NCBI GenBank assembly: GCA_046563655.1
Contig: CM102287.1
Coordinates: 5,394,001-5,458,000 of the forward strand
Reading direction: 5' to 3'
Source of the DNA: Yuukianura sp. NJ FZ-2021
Lineage: Eukaryota
DNA length: 64,000 bases
Shown here: in pieces, positions 10,741-25,769 of the stretch
How positions within the stretch are numbered: the first letter of the stretch is position 1
Layout of the letters: each line of letters starts with the position of its first letter
Notes under the pieces: generated by a model
The model's database searches: none
What the model was told of the DNA's origin: nothing
What the model saw: only the letters and a program-made list of their open reading frames with translations
Translations under genes and position numbers: made by a program

Positions 10741-13594
10741 ATGGAGGAGCGTGTGCCATTGACGGCCAGGTCACCAGGTCACCGTGTTCCAGCAGCAGAA
10801 AGACGGAGTGGAACGGTTGTTGACGAAGGAAGCTTGGAACTGCTGGAGCACTTGATTGCAATTGTGCTTCAAGGGAATTGGCAGTACTTGGAGACGTTAC
10901 TTCAAAATGAAGAGATTTTGGAAGTCGTTGACATGCACGATAACAAGGGATTTACGGCGCTGCATATTGCCAGTGAACGCGTCGATGTAGAATGCGTAAG
11001 GGCGCTTCTGGAGGCTGACGCCAATCCAAATGTCATGGATCGCTATAGCAGAACGGCCCTCCATTGGGTTGTCAGCGGAGGTAAGAATTTTGAATTTCCT
11101 AAAAAAAATGAAGCATTTTGAAATTTTTTCAAAAACATGAATTCAAATTGTCGAAATTTTAGGATGTCACTGTGATTTCTGCGATTCCAAACGTGCTCGA
11201 TGCACTGAACTGCTTCTGCGTGCCAAAGGAAATTTAGAGATGAAGGATTGCAAGGGAGAGACGCCTTTGTCCTATGCAGCGAAGAATTCATTCAACAAAG
11301 TAGCGACGGTCATGATCGAACATGGAGCTGAAATTCACAGAACGTAAACTTCAAAAATGAAAATTTTGTGAAATTATTTTTTAGGGAAATGCTAAATACC
11401 GTAATTTCGAAATCCGTTTTAGATGTAACGGTGTCAGCACTGTTGAGTTGATCTTGCAAAAAGTTCCAGAGGTAATGACGCAGCTATTGGACCAAAGTGT
11501 GGCCAATGACCATGATGATAATTCCAAACTAAAAGTAGATTTCAAGTAAGTTTTTAGAAATTTTTCAGTCTTTTTTCAAAATACGGAAGTTGTTTTAACC
11601 AATATTTTGCAGAGTCCTGCTCCAGCCGCCTGCCCCACCAAAAAACAAAAGTGCCGAGGATTCAAAAAATTCCAACAACGAAGATATTCCCACCGGAAAA
11701 CGGCCCCACCCGCAGCGGGAACTAGCTTTGATTGAATCATTTGTGTCATCTAGTCCACCGCTAAGACACGCACTTCTGACGCATCCTGTGACCTCAACTT
11801 TTCTGTACTTGAAGTGGAACTACATCTGGAAATGGTTTTGGTTCGTCAGAATTCTATATGTAAGACAAAGTTCCACATTTCAGCAATTGTTTACAAGGAA
11901 GTTACCACATATCACATTTGTTTGACCTTTGACCTACTTATTTTTAGACAGCGCTGGCCATAGGCTACACCTATTTCGTCTTTCGCTTGTATCTGATCAA
12001 GTGTCCATTCGGTGGAGACAAAGGAGCCGCCGTAAACCAAGAAAATCCTGGGCCAGAAAAGTGTGACGCTGGACTGGAGCTTTTGATTGCTGGAATTTGC
12101 ATTGGGGTTTGGGTGATTCTTATGGCGCTGTCAACATACTATTCCCTGATGCACAGTTTCCGTCGCGCATGTACTTCGGGCCTGAATGCCGCCTGGTGGC
12201 TTCTCATTGGTTGTGTGACGCTGACGATTTTGCCAGTTTTTGGCACCTTGAATGAGTACTGGAGGTGGCAGTACTTTGCAGCAGCTGTAAGTCAGGCATA
12301 AAAATATGCAGTGAAGAACAATGCAAAGACTTTGGGGATAAAAGTTTCTGGGTGTTTTTGACCTAATTTAGTTTAGCGTCCTCCTTGTCTGGATCATGAA
12401 CTTTCGTCATTTGAGCCAAATCCCAGTTTTTGGAAACTATGTCAACATGTTTACGATAGTAAGATTTACAAACTGAAATATCGCCAACACTGAAAATCAA
12501 TTGACCTTGACCTTGATTTTTATGTTTCGCTTTACAGGTTTTGCGAAGAACTATTTTCGGTCTTCTGACATTCACGACCATCTTTTTCGGATTTGTCTTC
12601 GGATTTTGCATTTTGTTTCCAAAAGTAAGCTAAAATTAAGAGATTCAACATTAGTTCTGATAACATCACATTTTGATAAAATGAAATTGTCCAATTTTTT
12701 TAGCAGTCACCATATTTCCAAAATATTTCAACTGCATCTCTGCGTCTCTTCTTGTTGATGCTTGGAGAATATGAATACGATGCAATCTTCAAGGGATCTT
12801 CAACAGCGCCGCATGCAGTAAACAGCATCGAGGTTTCCGCAGAATCGCATCCAGTGAACAGCTACGAGTTTTGGATTGGACCAGGATCACATGTTTACTA
12901 CATTGTTTTCATCATCGTCTTTAGCATTGCACTGATGAATCTCCTGATAGCACTTGCAGTCAATGCCGTTCAGGTAATAGTTGGCAGCATTTCGAAAAAT
13001 TTACCTGAAAATATTTTTGAAAATTGAAAATAATCAAAATTGGATGATTTGAAATAGCAAATGGAAAGCAACGCCGAACTTGCCAAAATTTGCAAACAAA
13101 TTGAAGCCATTGCTCACCTCGAGTCGTTGTTAGACGACAACTGGATTTTGAATTGTCTCCAGAAATGTATCCTTGGTCAGATTTCAGTTTCCCGCCGTAA
13201 TGGGTAAGCATAGTAGACAAGGTCAAAGGTCATGGACGTTATAGATTTTGAATTTGAAACATTTCTCAGGCGATACTTCCGGTTGGCTCCGATGGATCCC
13301 AAGGACAAGTCTCTTCCGCCTGAAATCAAAGCAAAGTTCATTCCACTGGTTCACACTAGAGATTGTTTGAACAAAAAGGAGATGTTACCCCAGCACGTTC
13401 GCCTTCCAGGTCACCTAGGTCAAGGTCAAACTTTGAATCGAAATGACCCGTTCCGTGGCAGTGGTCACAGTCAACATTCTGCGGGAAGGCATTTGGCCGA
13501 CATAGATGATATCCTGATTGAATTGAAACAGAAATTAGAGGGACTTCAGAGACGGAGATTAGTTCATGCGCGTCCAAATCCAGTTTTTTGCTAA
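10741..13594 (+). CDS. TRPA-family cation channel (pyrexia/water-witch-like) with ankyrin repeats and a multi-TM channel domain; start codon uncertain
   Basis: Ankyrin motifs GFTALHIA, RTALHWVV, GETPLSYAA. Pre-S1 LLTHPVTSTFLYLKW; S4-S5 IPVFGNYVNMFTI; pore MLGEYEYDAIF; S6 IALMNLLIALAVNAVQ. About 10 GT-AG exons join in frame. Confidence 0.85.
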
Positions 13595-14082
13595 ATTTCT
13601 AAAGAAAGCAAAGACGTTTTTTAAATTCTCACAGATTTTATTTTTGTTGTTTCAAAATCTAATAAATTAGATTTTTCAACTAACTAAACGATTGGACCTC
13701 CACGAATAACACGAAAATCGTAACTCTCAGACTTGTCTGTCAAACTACACTACACAGTTGATAAGATTTAAATATTTGATTAAATTTACAAATTATGGTT
13801 TTAGTTTACTTATGATTATCATTTTGGATAAATATGTTTAAATATCTCTTGATATATAAATTCTGTTTTAAGGCTTCGGGTTTCATTGGACCACTTTAAA
13901 TTAAGAATCAAACGTTATTTCAGTATGTTGTACTTATCGCAGGGAATAAGTTAAGGCAGAATAACGTCGATTGGACAAGGTATGATTAACTAACAACGTA
14001 ATATCCTAGGTGGTGTTAGTTTGCACGCAATAACAGTGTAACAGTCCTTTGTTTTAGTACTGTACTTGTGCTGCCGATACGA

Positions 14083-14763
<681 letters not shown>

Positions 14764-15757
14764 TTCTGATTGATGTTGCTAAACAAACAAAAATAAGGAA
14801 TTTGGAATTTGAAGTGCAAATTTTGCACTATCAAAATTAAGATTTTACTAACAAGTTTGCAACGAGTGAGTTCGAAAACAAAATATGGACAATAAAGAAA
14901 ACGTCATAATCTTAATCGTTTTTCCTCCCTTTCGGAAGATTTATTTAACTATAAGTAACTTACCAAATTACAATAAAAGGAAGCGACGACAGACTATTTG
15001 CACAGTTGCGTGACAATCAGCACTCGGTATCGCAGTAGTAACTAACCAGTACTTTAGCGGGGACAGCTGCCACAAGAATTTCAGGTTTTTGCCAATTATA
15101 AATTTAAACAATCGTTCGTTAATTTACAGTGCAATGTGCAAATGAACTTGAATTAACACTGAAATGAATTGAATGGATTGAGTCACCTGTTGAATTTGAA
15201 TAAAGACAGTGATAGATAAGGTAAAGGGGGAGGGGGAGTGTAATCTTTTCTAACGGGTTTTTATCACACACATGACATGTTCTAGGAAAACATGTTGGTT
15301 GGCGTAATCTGGATTGCAACAAAGTTCATTATTTAATAAAGCTCATTATTTCCTTAGTTTTATTAATGTCATTTTATTAAAATAAAATGAACTTTTCAAT
15401 TAAACGCGTTTTTAATTACAGCTCAATTTACTTATAATATTGAGGGTATTCTTTTGCTGCTCAGCTCAATAAAGAAACGTGTGAATACAAAGAGAGGTTG
15501 CTAATTTACTGCAGCCGAATTGTCAACTAAAATTGAAAAGTTCATAGAAAACACCGCGAAAGAAACCACTACATAATCGGTTTTCGGTTTCTTTTGAGTT
15601 GGATTACTAAATTAAGTAACCTCCGATACGCTATACTAAATCACTTTCAAGTAAATTGGATATCGCTGTAGTACGACTGATTAGATTAATTACCTCATCT
15701 TTCTTTGTGGTTAATTGCAGGAAATATCGTTAGCAGTTGCTTTGTTTTGGACGAGCG

Positions 15758-17638
15758 ATGTCGGTGTCGGATAAAACTGTAAATAAGAACGGAGTCGACG
15801 ATTCAGGTGATGAACTCGTAAGTTAGCTATAAAGTAAAAGTAAAACTGTCTAAATTGAATTCAATTCGTATCAAATTGGCATTGAAAATGTTCGATCATC
15901 TTATTATGTTCCATGTTTTCAGGATAACGTTTCTTCAGTGGGAAGCGTGACATCGTCAGTCACCAATGGGCAGACCAGTCGTTCGAACACTCCGTCGCTG
16001 CTTGGATCAACTTGCGGAAGTGGACGGCGACGTGGTTCGAAGAAATCGGGGAAAAGGAAAAGATCCACGCCTAAAGTAAATGCTGGAAAGTATACGATGG
16101 TGTAAGTTACGAACGCTTAAACACTTCATCGCTCCTTGTCATGAGCGAGCTGTTACGCATTAAGTAATAAACTTACATTATACTAAACAGGTGCATGGCG
16201 AAAGAAGATCACGGAACTCCTATTTTTGGCTGCCAATTTCACAACGGTTTGGCAGAAAGTGATCCTATGATTTTAGCAACGGTCGGGAGCAATCGTGTCT
16301 CAATTTACGAATGTACTCCGGATGGCGAAATAAAAATATTGCTTGTGTTTGCTGATCCAGATGTAAGTCGTTTACCTTTAAAAGCGTGTTTGTGCTGGTT
16401 AAAGTCATCAATATCAGTTTCGGATTGCATTACAATTTATCTCCTTTGGTGCTCTGACAGGTAGAAGAAATATTCTATTGCTGTGCATGGACCGATGACG
16501 GAAAAACTCATCTTCTGGCAGCCGCTGGAGCCAGGGGAATAATTCGGATATTCTCTCCAGCTAAAGCAGCATGTGTGAAGCATTACCTTGGACACGGCAA
16601 TGCTGTCAACGATCTCACTTTCCATCCATCTGATCCAAATCTGCTTCTTTCAGCTTCCAAGGTTAAAAAATTTGCCAAAAAAATATTTTCACAATACAAA
16701 GTGAAATCCATTTTTTATCAGGATCATTCTCTCCGGCTCTGGAACATCAAAACGGACTACTGCATTGCCATTTTTGGCGGTGTGGAAGGGCACCGTGATG
16801 AAGTTTTAGCAGCGGATATAAAAATGACTGGATCTCATATCGTGTCCAGTGGAATGGATCATTCCCTCAAAGTGTGGAAATTGAATAAACCGGAACTGGA
16901 ACAAGCTATTCAGCTTTCATACGTGTTCAATCAACAGCGTTCTACCAAGTAAATTACAAAGCACTTAAAACTCATTCATTTCAATCACCATATTTTTTTT
17001 CAATTCTTAGACCATTTCCTACCGTGAAGGAAAACTTTCCAGAATTCTCCACAAGGGACATCCACCGAAATTACGTCGACTGTGCAAAATGGCTCGGGGA
17101 CTTTGTTTTCTCTAAAGTAAGAATTACTTCATGTCTGACTTTGTAGCTCTTCTTCCACACATTGCTGGATGTTTTTACGTTTTAGTCCTGTGAGAACAGC
17201 ATTGTTTGCTGGAAAGCTGGAAAAACGTTTCAGACCTGGGACGAGGTCAATGCATCAACTACCAAAACAACGTAAGTAAAACCGCGCTAATTTGTTCAAA
17301 ATTGCTCTTCGGCACACGTTTTTACTGATTCGTACGTTTGCAGAGTAATTCGTCGGTTCGACATCACCGACTGTGATATTTGGTTCATGCGCTTTTGTCT
17401 GGACAAAAAGCAAGAAACACTAGCCTTGGGGAACCTAAAGGGGAAGATTTTCGTATACGACCTCTCCAGCAAGAATCCAGCAGAACTGACTCACACTGTA
17501 TTGAGTCACCCCAAATGTACTGCCACTATTCGTCAAACAGCATTTTCCCGTGATGGCAAAATTCTCATTTGTGTTTGTGACGACGGAACGATGTGGCGTT
17601 GGGATGTCACGAACCAAAATGGAGGCGATGCCAAATAA
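15758..17638 (+). CDS. esc: Polycomb PRC2 subunit EED / extra sex combs (WD40)
   Basis: [84 protein letters not shown]. Transcribed divergently from SFT2. Confidence 0.95.
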
Positions 17639-18516
17639 CTGCGAAAGTAACACCAAGTAACAATCCCAGTTTATAATTTTTTTCTAAACTCCTTCTGCTT
17701 TCGTATCTTTACTATTTTTAGAAATCTAGATCATGTACTAGGCTAGGCTGCATCATATTTTCATCGTTTTTGAAAACTTTTAGTACGAAAACTTCACTTT
17801 TGTAATTATTTGTGTATTCAGGATTAAATGATGTTAATTTTCTGAAATTTTGTTAAAAGTTGAATAGGGTTTGACACTCCTAAAATTTTGCAATTTCATT
17901 CAGTTCATCCAATTTTTTTTTCACTTGCTTACACTTTTTTTAAAGTTCATTCATTAATCAAATCCAGTTTATGATTCATTTCACATGGTTTTAATGTTGT
18001 TACTTTTTTCAGTGTTTGTATGGGAGGCGAGATTCCCCTTTCTGGAAGTGCTTTTTACCACCTCCGCATTATAACAAAATCTCGTTTGTTATAACGATTC
18101 CCCAGGCTATGATTCACTTTTTAGACAGTGTAAAGTTCACACTGATATAACTATTCCTGTATACCCACGATTGACGCAAATTCTTTCCTTTTTCAATGCG
18201 GTTTTACAGTTCCCTCATCTTGGGATTTGGGAAGTCAAGACTTCCTTCTTAAAGATCAACAGTCGAATAAGGAGAGACACAGATCACGAGAAGATCTTGT
18301 CTCCATGTGGCTTCAAAAAGTCTTCTAGTCTTTTCTAAAAAGGGCATTCCAAGGAATCCCATTGGATTTTTCACAATTTGCAAAATAAGACAAGTTTTTG
18401 CTAAACTGTGATTTTGGGGATGAAAATTTGCGGAGATTGCGAGAAACAAAGATTTTTGGGAAGATTCAGGAAGCAAATCCAAATTTTCAATTTGTTTTTA
18501 TTGTTTCAATCAAAAG

Positions 18517-21500
18517 ATGCTAAAGATGCCTCAAGTTCAATCAAATGAACTTGAAATTCCAGCAGGTAAATCACTTTTCATTTTCTAAATCAAATTCTTA
18601 TTAGTCAGATTAGTTTTAGTAAATAGAGTGAAGAGCATGTACGTTAATGGGTGTCAAATTCTGGTTAAAAGGGAGCAAACAGTTTGAAGTGGTTGGAGTT
18701 CTTGAATTAGTAATCTAATCAGTCCAGTCTAGTAATTGCCTAAATGATAAATTAAATGTAGATCTTGAAGCTTAAGTGCCAATTTGCAGTAGTATGTTGT
18801 GTAGATTGACCTAAAACGGATTTTAGCCAGAATATTGTCATACGCGGTAGATTAATGTGCCATTTTCCGCGGAATGTCAATAACGCTATCAATTTCCGCA
18901 TGTAAAAGAAAACGCGAAGCGCAGGGACCAGTTGAAACTGAACACTTTTGTAGTGAGGATGAAGTGAAGCGAATGAAATATATTAACGCGCTTGTCAAAG
19001 GTCAAACAGTTTTCAGAACTTTGATTTGTGACTTTAGACTTTTCTGGAACATTTTTGGATTAACCTTTGACCTTTGTTGTTTTTTAGAAACTCGGAGTCA
19101 AACAGATAGCATTGGAAGCCGAAGCGACCATAGTGGACAAACGACCATGGCTCATCCTTCGACTAGGCCGAAGATGGATGTTGCTTTTGTCATTGACCTC
19201 CAAAATACTGTTCACTTGCAGCAACGCAAGCTTGCTTGGGAGGAAGTGCGGAGCGCTTGCGCCATGCTCAATGCCAATTGCCATCATATTCAGGTTTGTC
19301 AGAATATTTTACATAATGGATTAATTTTCAAACATAATTTTATAATATTTTTGCTGTTTTTAGTTTGAGAAGTTGGATTTTGGCGAAACGACTTTTCTGG
19401 ACACAATGTACAACGCTGACGTAGCGCTGATTGATCTCTCAATTGATGTCCAGCGAAACTCACTTTTGTATCATTTGGGCGTTCGAGAGAGTTTTGACAT
19501 GAAACAAAATATTTTGCTGTTCAATGACTACGACACGGCGCTCACAATGCCTCTCAAGGTCAGCGATTTAAATTGCTTAAAGTAAAAATTACTTTGATTT
19601 ATTATGTTTTGCTCAATTTTTCGTGACATGCTCAACTAACTTGTTCTGGTTGTGCCTAATAGTTGTCTTGCACAAATTATCAATTCGTGACATATCGAGT
19701 CCTCGAAGACAATTCCTGTGTAGTGACCATGCCCACTGGACTTTTAGCTGATGACTCACAGGAGTCTCGTACTCCTTTGTCCCAGAAGATCAAGAAATTG
19801 CTTCAAGATGTTGAACTCCAATCCAAGTAATGACTTTGCACTAAATAAGCATAAAGAGATCCGGGATTCAGAATAATTTTGGCTTTTTTGTTTGACAGAG
19901 CTCATATGAAGGACAAATTTTTATCAGACTTGCGCAAAGCTCGTGAAACGCTTACGGACAAGGAGTTGTCCAAAGCCCTCTATGCAATGAAGAAACGCCT
20001 GGATGATCCGAATGTCATTTCGGGTGAAGTCGTGTACAATATGCTTCTATCTTTTAGAGAAATCCAAGATTATGATGCCATGGTCAATCTGGTGGACAAT
20101 TTGGAATTCTTGAATTCAGTTCACAATTACAAGAACTGTATAAGCACTCCGTCTACGATGTTCCTCTATGCTTTTGCGCTAAATCGGTAAAATTGTAAAC
20201 TTTTTTCATTCGTGCAGAATTAGAATGGAATCGCTCAAAAAATGACGGATTTTGTTTTGAATTTCAGTCGGAACAAAGATGGCGACCGTGAGAAAGCACT
20301 GGAAGTGATGACAAAGACGCTGGAGAAGAAGGAAAATCATGTTCCAGATTTAGTTTGTCTCTGCGGACGAATCTACAAAGACAAGTTTGTAGAGTCAAAC
20401 TACATGGACTTGGACAGTTTACAAAATGCTATTATCTGGTACCGCAAAGGATTTGAAGTTCAACCGAACGAGTACGCTGGAATTAACTTAGCTACGCTTC
20501 TTGTCGTAAATGGAATGGAATTTTCGGATTCAGAAGAATTGCAACACATCGGTGAGAATCGCTGAATTCTGCCGAATTTCGGCAATTGGGAGTTTGGAAA
20601 ATAATTTTCTTTGTTTTTGCAGGAATGGTGCTTAACAATTTAATTGGAAAGAAAGGCAGTCTTTCATCGCTTCAAGACTACTGGGACGTCGCAACGTTTT
20701 TCGAAATCAGTGTTTTAGCCAAAAATTTTGGAAAAGCTATTCAAGCAGCCGAGTACATGTTTAAGCTCAAGCCGCCCAATTGGTACCTCAAGTCTACCAT
20801 TGGCAATATCGCACTCATCAATCACTTTAGACGACAAGACACCACAGAGGGTCCAGAAGAAGTCATTTTTAATTTTTGGATTGAATATTTCATGGAAGCA
20901 ACAAAGAGCGAAGTCAAGGACAGTATTAGAGTTCCGGTGAGGTCAATAGTGATTCTGAAGCTTGAAATGAGCAAGATTGCGACTAAAATCAGAGCAGTAT
21001 TTTTGAAGTACTTTGGATTGAACGTATTCCTTTGTTTTAGATTCTCATTTTGGAACCATCCAGAGTCTTTATGCCAAGTACAATCATTCTTAACCTTGGA
21101 GCAGACGAACAGTCTCTGCAAATAACAAATATTTGCCTCAAATGTCTCAAATCCGACTGCAAACAAATGCACAACTGGCTCTTTACGGCAGATATGATCA
21201 AGTCTGTAACGTAAGTTTGACTACAATGGTACGAAATTATACTTTTTTGTACAAGATTTTGAAAAAAATGACTTTGAGATGATTTTGATTTTGAGAAAAG
21301 ATGATTTTGAAAATTTCAGATTGTATAAACGTGACGACCGCTGCATCTTCCTGTACGTCCATGAAAATTCAGATGATTTTCACATGTACTTTCCCAGCAG
21401 CCAGTACAGAGATCACTTTTATAATCTCATCCTCACAATGACAGCGAACCAAGCCATCACCGACTTGGACACGGCACTTTCCGCTGAACAAATTCGTGTA

Positions 21501-24500
21501 AGTTTTGGATTTGGACTTTCAACTTACTTTTTTGAATTTCAATTGAATCCTACTCATTTTGAATTGCAGTTCGAATACGAGTATGATGAGCAAGGGAAGA
21601 AAATTGTCCTTGGAAAGGGAACTTACGGAACAGTTTTTGCTGCTAGAGATTTGAACACACAAGTTCGGATTGCTGTGAAAGAAATTCCGGAAAAGAATTT
21701 ACGTGAAGTACAACCATTGCATGAAGAAATTGGGCTTCACTCTCAGCTCCGGCATAGAAATATTGTCCAGTACCTTGGATCTGTCTCTGAAGATGGATAT
21801 TTTAAAATTTTGATGGAACAAGTCCCTGGAGGCAGTCTTTCAGCTCTTCTTCGATCTAAATGGGGACCTCTTAAGGGCAGTGAATCAACGATTGCTTACT
21901 ACACGAAGCAAATTCTGGAAGGATTGAAGTATCTTCACGATCAGAAAATTGTGCACAGAGATATCAAAGGTATGGCTAATGACACCCCACTGATCTCGTA
22001 TTTTACATACTACAATTCAAAAAAAAATATCTGAATTGTCGAAAAAGTGTGAAAATTTAGCGTAACATTGCAGTATGATTGTTTTTGTTCAAAGGTGACA
22101 ATGTGCTGGTCAACACTTACAGTGGTGTTGTCAAAATTTCTGATTTTGGAACATCGAAGCGTCTCGCTGGAGTTTCACCTCTAACAAAAACATTTGCTGG
22201 AACCTTGTAAGTTCTTTCGAAAGGAGGATTGAACTAAAAATCGTTACAATTTCTTGGCAGATTGAAAAATGTTGTTCAGTCAATGGCGTTAAGACAACTA
22301 AGCTACTGTTTCTATTTGAACAGGCAGTACATGGCTCCGGAAGTGATTGACAAAGGGCAGAGAGGCTACGGTCCTGGAGCAGGTGAAGTGTTTTATTTCA
22401 AAATATTTCTCGTTTCAATTCAAAAACGTTTTGATTTCTAAATTGTGTTATCGTAGATATCTGGTCCTTGGGGTGCACAATTGTGGAAATGGCTACTGGG
22501 AAACCGCCGTTTATTGAACTGGGTTCACCAGAAGCGGCAATGTTCAAGGTCGAGTGTTTAAAATTTTTTCCTGAAATTAAGAAATTACTTGTACTTTTTA
22601 AAGTTAGCTTGATCCTCCTATGCTTCATTGTAGGTCGGATTTTACAAAATGCATCCTCAAATTCCGTCAGAGATGAGCGAACGCGCTAAAAAGTTTATAC
22701 TGAGATGCTTCGAACCTGATCCAGAGAAACGTGCTAGTGCTGCTGAACTTCTAGAGGATCCGTTTTTAACAGAGTAAGATTTTTCTAAAGTGTTTTTTTA
22801 AACAAACTTTGTTGTGTTTTAGTAATTACGGTTTGATTGTCAGGAGCGGTCGTAAGAAAAATATCAGAGCCACGGCCTCTCAGGAATTCGCTCGTAGCAT
22901 CTCCGTCCCTGCGGACAGAGTTGCTCTCGCTGAGAAGACTCGGCGACAGGCTCTGTCAAATGACGACTGGTAAGGAGTTCATACAATCCGTATCTGCGCA
23001 GTATTTTTAGCGTCAGTCCGTAAATGTTGCTTCAAATCACTTGTCCAGTACAAATATGCTTCAAAATTCAAAAAAATTGTTCACTACGCAAATTGTCGTT
23101 GCAAACGCTACTTACTACTCAATTTTGCTTTAAACGTTACTCTTTATCTTCCAGTTTGACTCCCAAGCGCAGCCCAAGCAGCACTATTGGATCCCCAACT
23201 ACACCACGTTTCTTTAGTGCCAGTATTGACTCTCCCGCTCTTTCTTTCGCGAGGTGATGGGCTAAAAATGTCTTCACTACTAAACACTTACTCAATTCTT
23301 TTTGTATTATTTTGCACACTAACTTTTAATTAAGTTAAGCTTAAGCTGCTGAAACGTCAACAGTTTAGTTTTGGGTTTTGGTTTCTCGCATTATACGTTT
23401 CTGCTTTATTGTTTCCAGCACAAATACTGCACTATCAGAATACGACGAATTGAACAGTACTCGCCGCAGTTCCAGTGGAAACGCTCCCGCATCACCAGAA
23501 ACAGACGGCCCCAAATCCAGTCCACTTTTGAACGACGGTGAAAATCCTGAACCTGATTTCTATCTTCTCAAAAAAGAGTCGCAACGTCGGACGACCTTGA
23601 CGCGTGTACTTGTTCAAGACGAGAAACGGATTTGCGAAATTTGGATCAAAAGCTTCGAACGTGATGGAATCGGAGCGTTGCTGAAAAGGGTTAGAATCAA
23701 TTGTGTTTTTTAAAAAGAGTTTCCGTTGAATTTTGAATTAATTAGATGTCTTTTTTGAAAATTTCAGGACCACTTTTACAGACTGATGCATGGACTCCGG
23801 GATTATATTGAAGGAAACGACAAACGAAAAATTGAATCGGTCATCAGCGCTTTCAAGGAGGAATTGAGTACAAGCGATCCTACAGCATTGCAAAACCAAA
23901 TTCAGTCAGCCGTACTTCTGTTTCGAGACGCTGTGAACAGCGTCCTACGCTCTCATAACATCAAACCTCATTGGATGTTTGCACTGGACTCACTGATGAC
24001 TTCAGCGATCCAAGCAGCAATTCATATTCTAATTCCGGAACATACGAGAGAACAGAGAGAGGGTGGCGGATCGGATGGAATCGGATCCACTTCGGGTATC
24101 TCAACGGTCAACTCCATGAAATCTCATAAAGCACTTGACTTTCCGTCGGCATCTAAACTCCAATCAGAATTTCAAGAGCAATTTGATCAAGTCAGAAACG
24201 AAAACTCTAGGTAATTTCTTCATTCGCAACTCGCAATCGGAAGTTCGAAAAGAGCACACGAATTTATAATTATGTTACAATTTTTGAATTTTTGTAGTAT
24301 TTTTTTTTTACTTTCTTTAATTTCAGATTACTGAATGAGCTTCTGGAAAGTCAAAAATCTTACCAGAATTTGTTAAGATCCAGTTTAGATGACCAACGCC
24401 TTCATGTTCAACTTTTATCCCAAACTTCTCAACAAATGCGTGTCATAGGTCAACTCTTGACCCTCACGCCTTCAATTCTGAGATCCTCAGACACTGGATT

Positions 24501-25077
24501 TAGTTCTCACCAAACCCTTAACTCTGAAGATGACGTGAGTTCTCAGGCTGGAGGAGCCATAGTTGACCTTGTACCGGAACAGGAGCATAGTCTACAGATT
24601 CCTACTAATTCGTTGTCACCTTGTTGCCATCATCAACATCATCTGTCACCAGCAAATTCACTTCCAATGAATATCCGGGATCCGAAGCTGGTTGATTTTC
24701 TTACAGAGTTACATCTAGACAGAAATTCAATTGAGAAGGTCAGTAAACGTTAAATAATTCACGAAAACATACAAAAAAAATTCTAAAGATTTTCTGTTTT
24801 CGAAAATCATACTAAAAATCATGCTCTTGTCTGTATTTTTTTTAATTTTTGCTTGTCTAGTTCTTGCAAGAGGAATACACATACGACGATGTAATGCAGT
24901 TCATAAGTAGGGAAGATCTGAAAACACTTAAATTGAAGTAAGTTGTTTTTCAAAATTTAAAATTTCAACCTTCTAAATTGGGGTTTTGAATTTTGATATT
25001 TCAGGGGAGGTGTTGAGCTTCGAGTTTGGAAGGCTGTTATGAAATTGAGAAATCAGAACGAACGTGCCGAGAAGTAA
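18517..25077 (+). CDS. Ask1: Apoptosis signal-regulating kinase (MAP3K5/MAP3K15-like): N-terminal regulatory region, TPR, PH, kinase and C-terminal SAM-like domain
   Basis: [84 protein letters not shown], 14-3-3 site [19 protein letters not shown] at 25075-25077. Confidence 0.96.
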
Positions 25078-25769
25078 GGACGAACTGAATGAGGTCATTC
25101 GGAAAACAACCTCGGAAAAATCGAAATGATGGAAAACGATTCTCAATTTTTGAATATTCCCACCGAAGGGATTGGTGACCAAGTGCAATATTTTATGCAA
25201 CCAAAGATGTTTAGTTAAATTTTTATTGAAAGCGAATCAACTAATCCAAATGGCCATTTGTTATTTAACTTTAACTTTCATGTTTCACTTAACAATTTTA
25301 CCAGTAACCCAAGTGCCATTTCAAACCAACCACTAATCTTATAATTTTAAATTACAGTTAAGCAGTGTAGCAGGATTTATTTTTAGTTTTTTAGCTCCAA
25401 CTTTTAGAAGATGAAAAAAATGCACATTTTGGTATACTCGCATTTAAAAAAAAATACAAATTCGCTATTTAATTTTTCGATTTTTTTTTCTTCTCCGAAG
25501 GCAGCATTCCTGAATTTCGAATGGTTCTGGTCTGGCACACTTAGCTTTCGAATTGAAGTACGAGAAACTGAAGTCACAACTAAGAAAAAACCGATCGGCG
25601 TTAGAATTGTAATCTGCAGTTGAAAATAATTCGTTTTTATTCTTTAGGATCGATTTTTTTTTAGACAGAAAAGTCGATTTTTGAAAATATAAACTCTGTC
25701 ATAGAAATTTTGATCAAGACCAGCTTGATCATTGTGAATAACATGTAGAGGTCAAAGGTCAGTTTGAAT

